This document shows positions 18,125 through 27,760 of a DNA stretch of 64,000 bases, piece by piece. Origin of the DNA: Candidatus Thorarchaeota archaeon (lineage in GTDB: Archaea; Asgardarchaeota; Thorarchaeia; Thorarchaeales; Thorarchaeaceae); NCBI GenBank assembly GCA_048882325.1, contig JBHLRS010000008.1, positions 51,530-115,529 on the forward strand, read 5' to 3'. The notes under the pieces are model-generated. The model ran no database searches. It had not been told where the DNA came from and saw nothing but the letters and a program-made list of their open reading frames with translations. The first letter of the stretch is position 1, and each line of letters starts with the position of its first letter. The position numbers and the translations under genes are program-made.

Positions 18125-18670
18125 GTGAAAGAGTTAATGTGCCTTCAGATGATTGTAGACATGAGTTTTGGGACTCGTGAGAGGATGTTCAAAGTGAGTC
18201 TAGGAACTATGCGAACATCTTGTATGGCAGTCGCATTAGGATTAATAGTGCTGATTGTAGGATTCATTGTTGCGTGGCTGAGTGGACATGGGTATCTCCC
18301 TTTCTTACCACAAACAGTGGTCATGCTGACAATGATTTTTTTTTGCCTCACCATGTTACTTTCCACAACATCAGCAATGGCAGGTACTGATTACATTGTA
18401 AGGCAAGATCTCTCATCAATTCCGGATACCCCACCTGATGATGTGTTCAGTCGCGTCATTCGTGATTCCGTGAGTGGAGAAGAGAGGATAATTCAAGCGC
18501 ACCCCAACTCATCAATCCATGAAGTATTGAGAGATGATTGGCCTTTCAGGAAGAAGATATCAGATGATTGGTACCTGATTGATGAGGATGGGAATGATAT
18601 CACCAACTGGCCTATTTCAAACTGGGATGGTGTCGCCATTCTGAGATACAGAGATCAGGATATCTATTGA
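18125..18670 (+). CDS. Hypothetical 2-TM protein with a small soluble C-terminal domain (possibly beta-grasp); start uncertain
   Basis: Two hydrophobic helices followed by a ~70-aa domain. Confidence 0.65.
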   Translation: MKELMCLQMIVDMSFGTRERMFKVSLGTMRTSCMAVALGLIVLIVGFIVAWLSGHGYLPFLPQTVVMLTMIFFCLTMLLSTTSAMAGTDYIVRQDLSSIPDTPPDDVFSRVIRDSVSGEERIIQAHPNSSIHEVLRDDWPFRKKISDDWYLIDEDGNDITNWPISNWDGVAILRYRDQDIY

Positions 18671-18745
18671 TCATAGAAGAAACGTTCGTTTCATTCATTC
18701 TCCTCAGAAACATTGAAACCCACAGAGTGCGGTGGATAAAAGAGA

Positions 18746-19078
18746 TTGGAAATGAGCGGCGGTAGACGAAGATATCCAGATAGTCGACGACGAAGAAAAC
18801 TCCGGGTTGTGAAAGAACTTTTGCGAGTTGGGGTAGGTTCATCTATGTTGTACCTTGTTGCAGGATCTGAGAGAGCGGTCAAACTTCGGAGAGAGGATAT
18901 GCAGAGATTGGAATATGATACTGGAAAGCATATCGAGGAGATGTATGAAGAGGAGCTTCAAGAGGGGATACAACGTTTGGAGATAGAAACAATCCCTCTG
19001 ACAGAAGATGAGAAACAGATAGTCCGATTAGCCTCAAAGTATGTGCTTGCAGGTTATTTCATTCTTAGCGATTCTTGA
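18746..19078 (+). CDS. Hypothetical protein (Arg-rich N-terminus, acidic helical C-terminus)
   Basis: 110-aa ORF co-oriented with its neighbours; likely start ATG 18752. Confidence 0.65.
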   Translation: MEMSGGRRRYPDSRRRRKLRVVKELLRVGVGSSMLYLVAGSERAVKLRREDMQRLEYDTGKHIEEMYEEELQEGIQRLEIETIPLTEDEKQIVRLASKYVLAGYFILSDS

Positions 19079-19099
19079 GGTTTAGATTCAGGTAATCAA

Positions 19100-19765
19100 T
19101 TGTTTTTTAGGGTAATGTATCGAACACTGTTCGGAGGACTGTGTTTGACTTCTGGAGAAATGGAAGGAGAGCCCGTTATTGATTGGACAGGTCTTAGACC
19201 ATCTAAACGGGACGATTTCCAGATGTATGTGTTCGCTGTCCATGTTGCAGTGGGAATCTCAATATCTATCTTGAGTTTTCCCGGTGATTTACTTTCCTGG
19301 GATCAGGGAATAGGAATACTATTACCAACTCTTATCGGGCTAACTGGTCTTGCATATTTACTCCCGACAGGAATCAATTGGTATCGGGAAGATTTCTTAC
19401 CCTTCGTAAATAAAGTCATTGAGATACCTAAACCTGAGAGTGATCGATTTCTGAGGTATCAAAGAGTATTCCGATTCATGGTCCTTATTTCAGGATATCT
19501 CGATATAGTGGTTTGTCAGTTTGTATATACATGGCTTTTTGCGATTTTCAGTCCAAACTGGGTGGACCTTAGTCCGACACTGGACCCAGAAACTGGTCTC
19601 ATTTCCGGTGCTGTTATACTCTTCTTTGTCCTTTGGTTTATCTTCATGGCTTTCTTTGAATTCATTCTGAAATCGGTGTATCCTGATGCTAGGCGGCTCT
19701 CACAATTGGAAATGAGCATGACAAGAGCTACTAGGAAGACTGACGAGGACCAAGAAAACATGTAG
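19100..19765 (+). CDS. Hypothetical membrane protein (~4 TM)
   Basis: Four hydrophobic segments. Confidence 0.7.
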   Translation: MFFRVMYRTLFGGLCLTSGEMEGEPVIDWTGLRPSKRDDFQMYVFAVHVAVGISISILSFPGDLLSWDQGIGILLPTLIGLTGLAYLLPTGINWYREDFLPFVNKVIEIPKPESDRFLRYQRVFRFMVLISGYLDIVVCQFVYTWLFAIFSPNWVDLSPTLDPETGLISGAVILFFVLWFIFMAFFEFILKSVYPDARRLSQLEMSMTRATRKTDEDQENM

Positions 19766-19827
19766 GTGAAGAGGACTATCATGGTTGCTTACCTTGATAG
19801 GATGTGAGTGATGTTAAAGTAATAGTA

Positions 19828-20994
19828 TCACTTTTTTATGACAAGCAGAGGTCCATCTATCTTAACAGGGGTCTCAGGTGGCAGGTCCAACAACCAGTCC
19901 TCAAGCTCCTCCATCTTCTCAAATCTCATTAGTACTGCTAATCGTTCTAATGGGAGAGTATCATATCGAGTGATTATTTTCTTCAATTGGAACATTCGGA
20001 AAGCTTCTAGCTCTGCTGCCTGCTCAGCTTCTTGGTCTTTAGAACGGTCAATCCATGGACTGTCCTTTTCAAAGTCCCAGAGTTCGACATTACCATCCAT
20101 TGACCCTGTGATGACATGTCGACCATCGGGAGTCACCACCATTGAGTGGACATTCTCAGTCGATGATAGATTCTGAAGCAGAACACCGCCCCGCAGTAAC
20201 CATACTCTTACAGTGCCATCAGACGACCCCGTAATAACATGTTGACCATCATTTGTAATATGAATCATGATAATGGACGTATTATGACCTGTCATCGACT
20301 TGATCAGAGTGCCGGTTTCCAAGTCCCACAAATGAACTACTCCATCCTGACCGCCTGAAAGAACATATCGAGAGTCAGCTGTCATAGCAAGAGCAGTCAC
20401 ATGACCTGTATGGCCTTCTAGAGTCTTCAACTCAATCCCCAATTCAAAATCCCAGATCCAAATCACTCCAGGTGAATCTGAGGTTGGAGCTTTCTTGCTT
20501 CCGCAGAGCATGTGCCGCCCATCTGGGCTAATCATTATGGTGTAGATACCTTGAGAATGTTCTAAATATCTAAGCATGATTCCTCGATCTATATCCCAGA
20601 AGCGAGCAATCCCATCATCTCCGCCTGTCACGATATATCTCTGGTCAGGACTCACGGCAACGGTATTGATGTGTGCTGAATTTGGCGCAAGGGATGTCTT
20701 GAGTGATTTTGTTTCAAAATCCCATATCTTCACAGCGAGGTCCTTGTCTGCAATAGAAACGAGCTGTCTGTCATCTGGCATCACGATTAGTCCATAGACG
20801 GGTCCACTATGTCCAACAAATTTGTGAAGCTCTTTTCCTGTTGTGACATCCCAGAGGCGTATTGTAGCATCTTGCCCTCCAGAAGCAATAGTCAGTCCAT
20901 CACTTGTGATTGCTAGTGACCAGACTGTGAACTCGTGACCTTCTAATTGCAGATTCGGGACTAATTCCCCGTCCATGTGCTCAGCTCCTCTCAC
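19828..20994 (-). CDS. WD40 beta-propeller with C-terminal PCI-like winged helix
   Basis: Seven GH...WD-type repeats; tail LKKIITRYDTLPLERLAVLMRF...LEDWL...KIDG; likely start ATG 20976. Confidence 0.9.
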   Translation of the reverse strand: MRGAEHMDGELVPNLQLEGHEFTVWSLAITSDGLTIASGGQDATIRLWDVTTGKELHKFVGHSGPVYGLIVMPDDRQLVSIADKDLAVKIWDFETKSLKTSLAPNSAHINTVAVSPDQRYIVTGGDDGIARFWDIDRGIMLRYLEHSQGIYTIMISPDGRHMLCGSKKAPTSDSPGVIWIWDFELGIELKTLEGHTGHVTALAMTADSRYVLSGGQDGVVHLWDLETGTLIKSMTGHNTSIIMIHITNDGQHVITGSSDGTVRVWLLRGGVLLQNLSSTENVHSMVVTPDGRHVITGSMDGNVELWDFEKDSPWIDRSKDQEAEQAAELEAFRMFQLKKIITRYDTLPLERLAVLMRFEKMEELEDWLLDLPPETPVKIDGPLLVIKK

Positions 20995-21066
20995 ATTGTG
21001 ATGCAGCTAGTACAATTACACTTCATCGAACAAAAGGTTGTCGATTTTCTGAAAAATAGGGTAGCG

Positions 21067-21085
21067 GGTGGCACTAAGTGCCACC
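21067..21085 (-). terminator. Perfect inverted repeat just after the hppA stop, followed by a T-tract
   Basis: GGTGGCACT-A-AGTGCCACC; TATTTTT follows on the minus strand. Confidence 0.5.
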
Positions 21086-21093
21086 ACATTTGA

Positions 21094-23550
21094 TTATATA
21101 CCTACTACTTCGACCTCGTGACCCATTCCAAAGTCAGCAGGTTTCATACTCTTTCGAACCGACCAGATGGTCATAATGAAGAGTATGACAAGAGCTAGCA
21201 CTGCCGCGTAGAATAGCTCAACAGATCCACCGTTCTGTATCATGACGAGAACGGGAGCGAGAATCAGGGCTAGAAGGTTTACAACCTTAATCATAGGGTT
21301 AAGGGCGGGACCAGCTGTGTCTTTCAGTGGATCACCGATTGTGTCACCGACAACTCCACATTTGTGGCGCTCTGAACCTTTGCCAGTGTTGTGTTCCGGA
21401 TCACTGGGTTCATCCTCGATGGCTTTCTTCGCGTTATCCCAAGCTCCACCAGCGTTAGACATGTACACAGCAAGTAGCTGTCCAGAAACGATGATTCCTC
21501 CAAGAAATCCTCCAAGAGCTTCAACTCCAAACAGGACACCCACAATGATTGGTATTGATACCGTCATTGCAGCTAGGGAGATGAGTTCTTTCTGAGCAGC
21601 TGTTGTAGAGATATCGACTGCTCTATCATAATCAGGTGGCGTAGTGCCTTCAAGGATTCCGGGAATTCTGAACTGACGCCTGACTTCTTGCACCATTTCA
21701 CCAGCAGCTCTTGTCACAGCTTTGATGTTTACTGCAGAAAAGAGCCATGGGAGTGAAGCACCGAGTAGAAGGCCAGCAAAGACTCTTGGATCATCTAGAA
21801 AGATGTGGTCTACTGGAGGTACTAAGTTATGAAGTGCCACAACTACGAAGCTGTCGAACAGGCTTACTGCTGCAATGACAGCGGATGCAATTGCAACACC
21901 TTTAGTGATAGCTTTGGTAGTGTTGCCAACTGCATCGAGCTCGGCCATAGTCTTCATCGCAGTTTGATCGAAGTCACCAGGTGATAGTTCACCGATACCC
22001 GCAGCATTGTCGCTAATAGGACCATAGGAGTCCATTGCTACATTGTTACCAGTGTGACTAAGCATACCGATACCAATCAATGCAATACCATAGAGCGTCC
22101 AAAGGTTACCTACGACAAGATCGGACACTACTAAAGGTGCAGGGAGGATTGCTGTATTGATTACAAATGGAGCTATAGCCAGTGCAATAGGTCCAAAGAA
22201 CAATGCCCAGGCGATGCCAAAGGTTGCAACAATAACGACCAATGCTGCAACTGTCGACTCGTAACCTGCAACAATTCCTGATAGGATGAATGTTGCATGT
22301 CCAGTATCAGCAGACTTTACAATTTCAATTACTGGAGGTTTCTTCAATGAGGTGAAGTAACTAGTAATCGGATTGAACGAGACAGCTAGAAGAACACCAA
22401 CTGCTATGAGAATTCCAAAACGTAAGTCTCCAACATAAAACCAGGAAAGAATCATTGTAATAGTTATAGTGAAGATGCTTGATGCTTCATATGAAAGGAA
22501 CATAGCTTTCTCTGCGTACACTGCTCTCTTTCTCAAGAGCCTTGGCCACACAGGGACCATAACGGTTCCTATCATTGACGAAATCACGCCAATTGCTCTG
22601 ACAAATAGTGGAAACACTACAACTGCCAAAGGTGAAAAGAATGGAATTACAGTTCCAATTCCTTCGAATGCCTCGAGCATGTTAAGATATAGTACTATTG
22701 CTAGAATCAGAGCTGAAACAATAGTAACTTCATATGACTCGAAGATATCGGCAGCCATTCCTGCACAATCTCCGACATTATCACCAACCAGGTCTGCAAC
22801 AACTGCTGCATTTCGTGGATCGTCTTCTGGAAGACCCTGCTCAACCTTACCAACAAGGTCTGCGCCTACATCTGCTGCCTTTGTATAAATACCACCACCG
22901 ACTCGCATGAAGAGAGCCAATAATGTACCTCCAAGACCAAATCCTAGAAGTGCATCTGGTGCGGCAATTCCGAATATTATGAAGACGATGGTTCCACCAA
23001 GTAGACCGAGTCCATCAGTCAGCATTCCTGTGAAGGTTCCACCTCTGTATGAGATTGTCAATGCACGATTGTATCTATCTTCGCCAGAACGTGTAGCCTG
23101 CGCAACCCTAATGTTCGATTCCACAGCAATTCGCATGCCAAGCTGCCCCACAGTCAGTGAGAAACTTGCACCTACAACAAAAGCTATTGATCGACCAATT
23201 CCAACGAGAACCTTCCCCAACTCTAGATTATCTTGAAAGAGTCGTTCGGTACCTCTCTCAGGAACAGTAATGTAAACGGTAAAGAAGAGAAGGACTGCTA
23301 AAACTACAATAATGGGACGGATTGTCTTCAACTGTCTATTCAGATAAGACAACGCACCTTCCCTAATTCCGTTCCAGACCTTCTGCATCTGCTCAGTTCC
23401 CTTGTCCTGTTCAAGGACACCTTTCCTGAGCCACCAAGCATACACGAGACTGACAATTGCGGCTGCAATGACTGTGAGAATCATTGCTCGCTCAACAGGC
23501 GACATTTCTAACAAGAATGTGTCGAATAATTGCATATTGTCATTCACCAC
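21094..23550 (-). CDS. hppA: Membrane-bound H+-translocating pyrophosphatase, K+-independent type
   Basis: GGGIYTKAADVGADLVGKVE, EDDPRN, DNVGD, DNAGG-like, GDPLKDTAGP; GNTTKA (Lys = K+-independent). Confidence 0.95.
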   Translation of the reverse strand: MVNDNMQLFDTFLLEMSPVERAMILTVIAAAIVSLVYAWWLRKGVLEQDKGTEQMQKVWNGIREGALSYLNRQLKTIRPIIVVLAVLLFFTVYITVPERGTERLFQDNLELGKVLVGIGRSIAFVVGASFSLTVGQLGMRIAVESNIRVAQATRSGEDRYNRALTISYRGGTFTGMLTDGLGLLGGTIVFIIFGIAAPDALLGFGLGGTLLALFMRVGGGIYTKAADVGADLVGKVEQGLPEDDPRNAAVVADLVGDNVGDCAGMAADIFESYEVTIVSALILAIVLYLNMLEAFEGIGTVIPFFSPLAVVVFPLFVRAIGVISSMIGTVMVPVWPRLLRKRAVYAEKAMFLSYEASSIFTITITMILSWFYVGDLRFGILIAVGVLLAVSFNPITSYFTSLKKPPVIEIVKSADTGHATFILSGIVAGYESTVAALVVIVATFGIAWALFFGPIALAIAPFVINTAILPAPLVVSDLVVGNLWTLYGIALIGIGMLSHTGNNVAMDSYGPISDNAAGIGELSPGDFDQTAMKTMAELDAVGNTTKAITKGVAIASAVIAAVSLFDSFVVVALHNLVPPVDHIFLDDPRVFAGLLLGASLPWLFSAVNIKAVTRAAGEMVQEVRRQFRIPGILEGTTPPDYDRAVDISTTAAQKELISLAAMTVSIPIIVGVLFGVEALGGFLGGIIVSGQLLAVYMSNAGGAWDNAKKAIEDEPSDPEHNTGKGSERHKCGVVGDTIGDPLKDTAGPALNPMIKVVNLLALILAPVLVMIQNGGSVELFYAAVLALVILFIMTIWSVRKSMKPADFGMGHEVEVVGI

Positions 23551-23763
23551 TTCAGGGGGATTCGAACAACTCTCTACAAGAGAGAAGTGAGTGTTGGCAC
23601 ACTACATAGCCCCTGTCGTTTCGATTTCCGCGAAGATGGCTCCCTTTAAGGGTTACTTTACGACGCTGTTTATGCAAATACATAATTCAGGATAAAGATT
23701 CATATTGAAATACCAGAAAATTGGCATAGTCGAATTTAACATTCGCCGTTCTTTCTATGAGGT

Positions 23764-24801
23764 ATGGTCGATTCAAAGGAAATAGAGAAGGAATTGAAGA
23801 CGCCAGTCTATTTTGATGAAGACACGAATCTTGAGATATTGGATGGACCAATTGCAATTATTGGATATGGGAACCAAGGAAGAGCTCAGGCGCTCAATCT
23901 CAAGGATAGTGGATTGGATGTCATAATCGGAAATATCAAGGATGAGTATCGTGAACAAGCTGAAGTAGACGGGTTTCACGTTTCCGAGATTAAGGAGGCG
24001 GCTGAGAAAGCCAGAATTCTTCTTTTTCTCATTCCGGATGAGCTTCAACCAGTCATTTTTGAGGAACAGATTAAACCAGCCCTCACGAAAGGCAAAGTAC
24101 TTTGTTTCGCATCAGGATACAACATCACCTTTGAGACAATCTCAGTTCCTCATGACATCGATACTGTACTCGTAGCTCCGAGAATGATTGGAAAAGGTGT
24201 CAGAGAGTCATATGTCAAAGGCAGAGGATTCTACTCCTTCATTGGAGTGCACAACGATGCATCAGGAAACGCGATGGATATTGCGTTAGCTATAGCGAAG
24301 GGTATTGGGTCGACAAAACCTGGTGGTGCAGTCCTAGAGGTCACATTCAAGCAAGAAACAGAACTTGATCTTTTTAATGAGCAATGCTTTGGTCCAGCTT
24401 TTGGACAAGTCTTGACACTCGCTGTGGATGTTGCGATAGAAGCAGGTTATCCTCCAGAAGCTGTACTTCTTGAACTCTATATGTCAGGGGAGTTCGCATT
24501 CACAGCAGAAATGATTGCTAAAATGGGGACTCTGAAACAGCTTGAACTTCACTCGCCAACCAGCCAATATGGGAGTATGTCAAGAGGTATGCGATACGCG
24601 AGTCCAGAGATGCGTGAAGCAATGGAAACATCACTCAAGGAAATTCAAGACGGATCTTTCGCAAAAGAGTTTGCTACCGAGTACGAGTTAGATTTGGAGA
24701 TTCTCAATGACATGAAGGAGATGGCACAAGACATTCCCATTGTCTATTTCGATAATGCAGTAAGAAAGAAACTAAGATTCGTAGATACTCAAAAGAAATA
24801 A
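23764..24801 (+). CDS. ilvC: Ketol-acid reductoisomerase family (short class), divergent
   Basis: IIGYGNQGRAQALNLKDSG, LIPDE, VAPR, TFKQETELDLFNEQ, IQDGSFAKE. Confidence 0.85.
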   Translation: MVDSKEIEKELKTPVYFDEDTNLEILDGPIAIIGYGNQGRAQALNLKDSGLDVIIGNIKDEYREQAEVDGFHVSEIKEAAEKARILLFLIPDELQPVIFEEQIKPALTKGKVLCFASGYNITFETISVPHDIDTVLVAPRMIGKGVRESYVKGRGFYSFIGVHNDASGNAMDIALAIAKGIGSTKPGGAVLEVTFKQETELDLFNEQCFGPAFGQVLTLAVDVAIEAGYPPEAVLLELYMSGEFAFTAEMIAKMGTLKQLELHSPTSQYGSMSRGMRYASPEMREAMETSLKEIQDGSFAKEFATEYELDLEILNDMKEMAQDIPIVYFDNAVRKKLRFVDTQKK

Positions 24802-24944
24802 CGAATTGCTATAAGAAGAGATGGTTGGCAGAGAGAAATTAGAACTCGCCATTGAGGGAAATATGATTCTTTCCAAATTTCGAAAGACAATTTAGCATGT
24901 GGGAATACATGATAATCAATCGTCGTGGAAGTTGAGGTGAAGTA

Positions 24945-26780
24945 ATGGTAAGTCTTCGATCATCGAGTTTTGCAGTTATTTTTATCATTATCATGTTGCA
25001 GGTCAGCAGTACTTCACCAGAGGTCAGAAGAGTTTCCCCGGATATAGCTTCACTCAGTGAAATTGGAAGTACGATTGTCATAGGAACAACAAGCGGTGTT
25101 GAGTCAACGCTGGATATTGCTCAGTCCTTTGATATCTTTGGATGGACAATGATATCTTGTCTTTCATCAGGGCTGGTGGAAATTCGACCTAACTCTACAG
25201 CAGCGGGTGATGACATAATTCCAGCACTTGCAGAGAGCTGGAGTGTTTCTACAGATGCGACTATTTGGGACTTCAATCTGAGAGAGGGAGTTGTTTTCGA
25301 AGATGGAGAACCATTCAGTGCAACCCATGTAAAATATACATTTGATAGGAATTGTAATTTGACTGGTGTGGGACTACTCACGCTAGATGGCCCGCAATTC
25401 AACATCGGGTACAATACCATAATCGAGAATGTGACACTCCTCAGCGAGTTTGCCGTAAGGTTCTACCTCAAAATACCATTTGCTCCATTTCTCAACCTTC
25501 TAGCTATTCCTCCATCCTTTATTGTTGATCCTACTTATGCACCAATAGATGAACTAGTCACCTACATTGGAGGAAATCCAAGGGGAAGTCACCCCTGCGG
25601 TCTTGGGCCTTTTCTTCTTGAGAGCTGGTCACGAGTCGGTGGAGTAGATAATGAGATTAGGTTGATTGCTAATCCAGATTATTGGGATGGTAGTTCTGGA
25701 GAACCAAAGTCTGATGAGGTTATTGTGAAGTTCTATAGCAGTGAAACAGCACTGGCAGCTGCAATGATGGCTGGCGAAATTGACATTGCTCACAGAGATC
25801 TAACACCTGTCCAGCTAGGCGCATTCAGAGAATTGGAAGACACAGAAGTCTATAGAGAACCAAATGCCCAAATTCAATATCTTTGCTTCAACCAGAATTT
25901 CTACCCCTTAAATGAAACCTTGATTCGACAGGGAATTGGCGCAGCTTTAAACCGAAGTCATGTATGTGAGGTTGTCTTCCAGAACGAAATGATACCGCTT
26001 GAGAGTATAGTACCTAGCAATCTAGAATATCATTATCCTTCATTTGCGGTTTATGGAGAGAACAACTACTCATTCACAAGAGCTGCTCTTCAGTTATTTG
26101 GATATAATGAAAGCAATAAGTTGAATCTCGATCTCTATTATGAAAGCTCTGGCCATTATCCACAGAGTGTTGAACAAGCTTTGGTATATGAGAGTCACTT
26201 GGAAAGTACAGGTGTCATCAATGTAGCACTTCACGGGCTTGAATGGCCTTCATATAGATTGGCAAGAAATGCGGGTACTATGCCTATCTTCACCTATGGT
26301 TATTATTACTTTTACAGCGATGCGGATAATTATGCATTCTTACCTTTTGCAAATTGGTTAAACATCGGCTATAATGAAAGCTATCCACAGGGGGGAGTTG
26401 ATCAATACAACCTCTGGCTTGAGGGTCGGTCAACAATTACAGATTCGGAAAGAAGAGCAGCTTACTACAGTTTACAGGAGTTGCAAGCTGCTGAGTGTTC
26501 AGTCATCCCAATTTGGCAAGGTCATGATGCAGTTGTTGCAGGTTCTGACGTATCTGGAGTCTATCCCGATTTTTCTGGTCTTCTGAGATACTGGCTCTTA
26601 GAAACTGTAGATGCAACACCAACAATTTCGACATCATCATCATCCACAACGACAACAACCACCACTAATACCACAAACAATGGGCTCCCATTTGATATGA
26701 TCACTCTGTTTGTTTCACTAACGTCCGCTGGCGTGATTATTATCATAGTAATTGTGATCATTAACTCAAGGAAAAAGTAA
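24945..26780 (+). CDS. ABC substrate-binding protein family 5 (OppA/DppA-like) with Ser/Thr linker and C-terminal TM anchor
   Basis: PALAESWSVS, FNLREGVVFEDGEPF, GLGPF, NPDYW, GEIDI; no permease genes adjacent. Confidence 0.9.
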   Translation: MVSLRSSSFAVIFIIIMLQVSSTSPEVRRVSPDIASLSEIGSTIVIGTTSGVESTLDIAQSFDIFGWTMISCLSSGLVEIRPNSTAAGDDIIPALAESWSVSTDATIWDFNLREGVVFEDGEPFSATHVKYTFDRNCNLTGVGLLTLDGPQFNIGYNTIIENVTLLSEFAVRFYLKIPFAPFLNLLAIPPSFIVDPTYAPIDELVTYIGGNPRGSHPCGLGPFLLESWSRVGGVDNEIRLIANPDYWDGSSGEPKSDEVIVKFYSSETALAAAMMAGEIDIAHRDLTPVQLGAFRELEDTEVYREPNAQIQYLCFNQNFYPLNETLIRQGIGAALNRSHVCEVVFQNEMIPLESIVPSNLEYHYPSFAVYGENNYSFTRAALQLFGYNESNKLNLDLYYESSGHYPQSVEQALVYESHLESTGVINVALHGLEWPSYRLARNAGTMPIFTYGYYYFYSDADNYAFLPFANWLNIGYNESYPQGGVDQYNLWLEGRSTITDSERRAAYYSLQELQAAECSVIPIWQGHDAVVAGSDVSGVYPDFSGLLRYWLLETVDATPTISTSSSSTTTTTTTNTTNNGLPFDMITLFVSLTSAGVIIIIVIVIINSRKK

Positions 26781-26808
26781 CTGTATCGAAACTTCAGTAT
26801 GAAAAGAA

Positions 26809-26916
26809 TGGTGGACCGAGCGAGATTTGAATTCGCGCTTCGTGTGACTAACACAGCGAAGTCTCGCGACCTTCTGGATGCAAACCAGACGATCTGCCAG
26901 GCTGATCTATCGGCCC
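26809..26916 (-). tRNA. tRNA-Ala(UGC) with a 31-nt intron at 53/54 (26832-26862); CCA encoded
   Basis: Acceptor GGGCCGA/TCGGTCC with G3:U70 and A73-CCA; D stem GATC/GATC; anticodon arm TCTGG-TTTGCAT-CCAGA; T arm GCGAG-[intron]-TTCAAAT-CTCGC. Confidence 0.93.
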
Positions 26917-26967
26917 ACGTCTACCGAGAGGATTTTCGGCTGAGTGTTTTAACCCTTACGCTCACAA

Positions 26968-27585
26968 CTATTTTTCAGACACAAAATCCTCACGAATCGT
27001 ATCAAGCCAGAACGGGGCTCCCTTTAGTTGGGAGGCTTCTTCAATCGAGAGTTCCTCGATCGTGACTTTAGACATGTCATCAGGGATGATGCCACTGACA
27101 CCTGCAGGGTCTTCAATCACAAGTGTAAAAGAAAACTCACCCTCAATAGCTCGATTCATGTCAGCCAAAATCTTTGCACCCCTCGATTTCTCATCCGGCT
27201 TTTCTGCAAATCTAATTGCTGTTTCAACAACAGACATGGCTCGATGAAGCACGCCCTCAACATTAGTGATGAATGATTCAGCAGCAGGTCCAGGTTCTAT
27301 ATCAATCCCAAACTCTGGGAGTCTTAATGTTCCAGATCCGGAGCGGACAACTCTGGAACGAAGGAGTGCTGGAGCATCAACATGAAGGGTGAAACGTGCA
27401 GGTTTTCTCTGTTCAGCTGAAAACACATCATTATGACTGAAGTTGCATACTGGACAGTCCATGGAGAACATGGCTAGCTCGTTAAAGTAAGGAATACTAT
27501 AGAGCATGGAACGGACTATGAGATTCGCCTTATTACACGAGGGGCAAACGATACCATGCTCTTCTTTGTTGGACATGTCAACCAA
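26968..27585 (-). CDS. ZPR1-related zinc finger protein
   Basis: CPSC...IPYF...CPVC, RVVRS, IEPGP, ITNVEG, FTLVIEDPAGVS. Confidence 0.92.
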   Translation of the reverse strand: MVDMSNKEEHGIVCPSCNKANLIVRSMLYSIPYFNELAMFSMDCPVCNFSHNDVFSAEQRKPARFTLHVDAPALLRSRVVRSGSGTLRLPEFGIDIEPGPAAESFITNVEGVLHRAMSVVETAIRFAEKPDEKSRGAKILADMNRAIEGEFSFTLVIEDPAGVSGIIPDDMSKVTIEELSIEEASQLKGAPFWLDTIREDFVSEK

Positions 27586-27760
27586 CTTTGCTGGTGTTTG
27601 TCATCCTATAAGGATGACCGTGCAGACCCATAGTGTTTCGCTAAGTACATCACTAGAAGGCTCAAAAGCCTCTAAGTTCTTATTGAGTACAGACACGCCG
27701 AGACTTTGGTCTAGGACTAAGAGGATTCAGGAGCAGCGTACGCCATCAATAATCTGAGGT

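Noticed and set aside
26799-27065. 88-aa ORF in the track
   Set aside because: It overlaps the tRNA-Ala gene and the ZPR1 3' end on the opposite strand.
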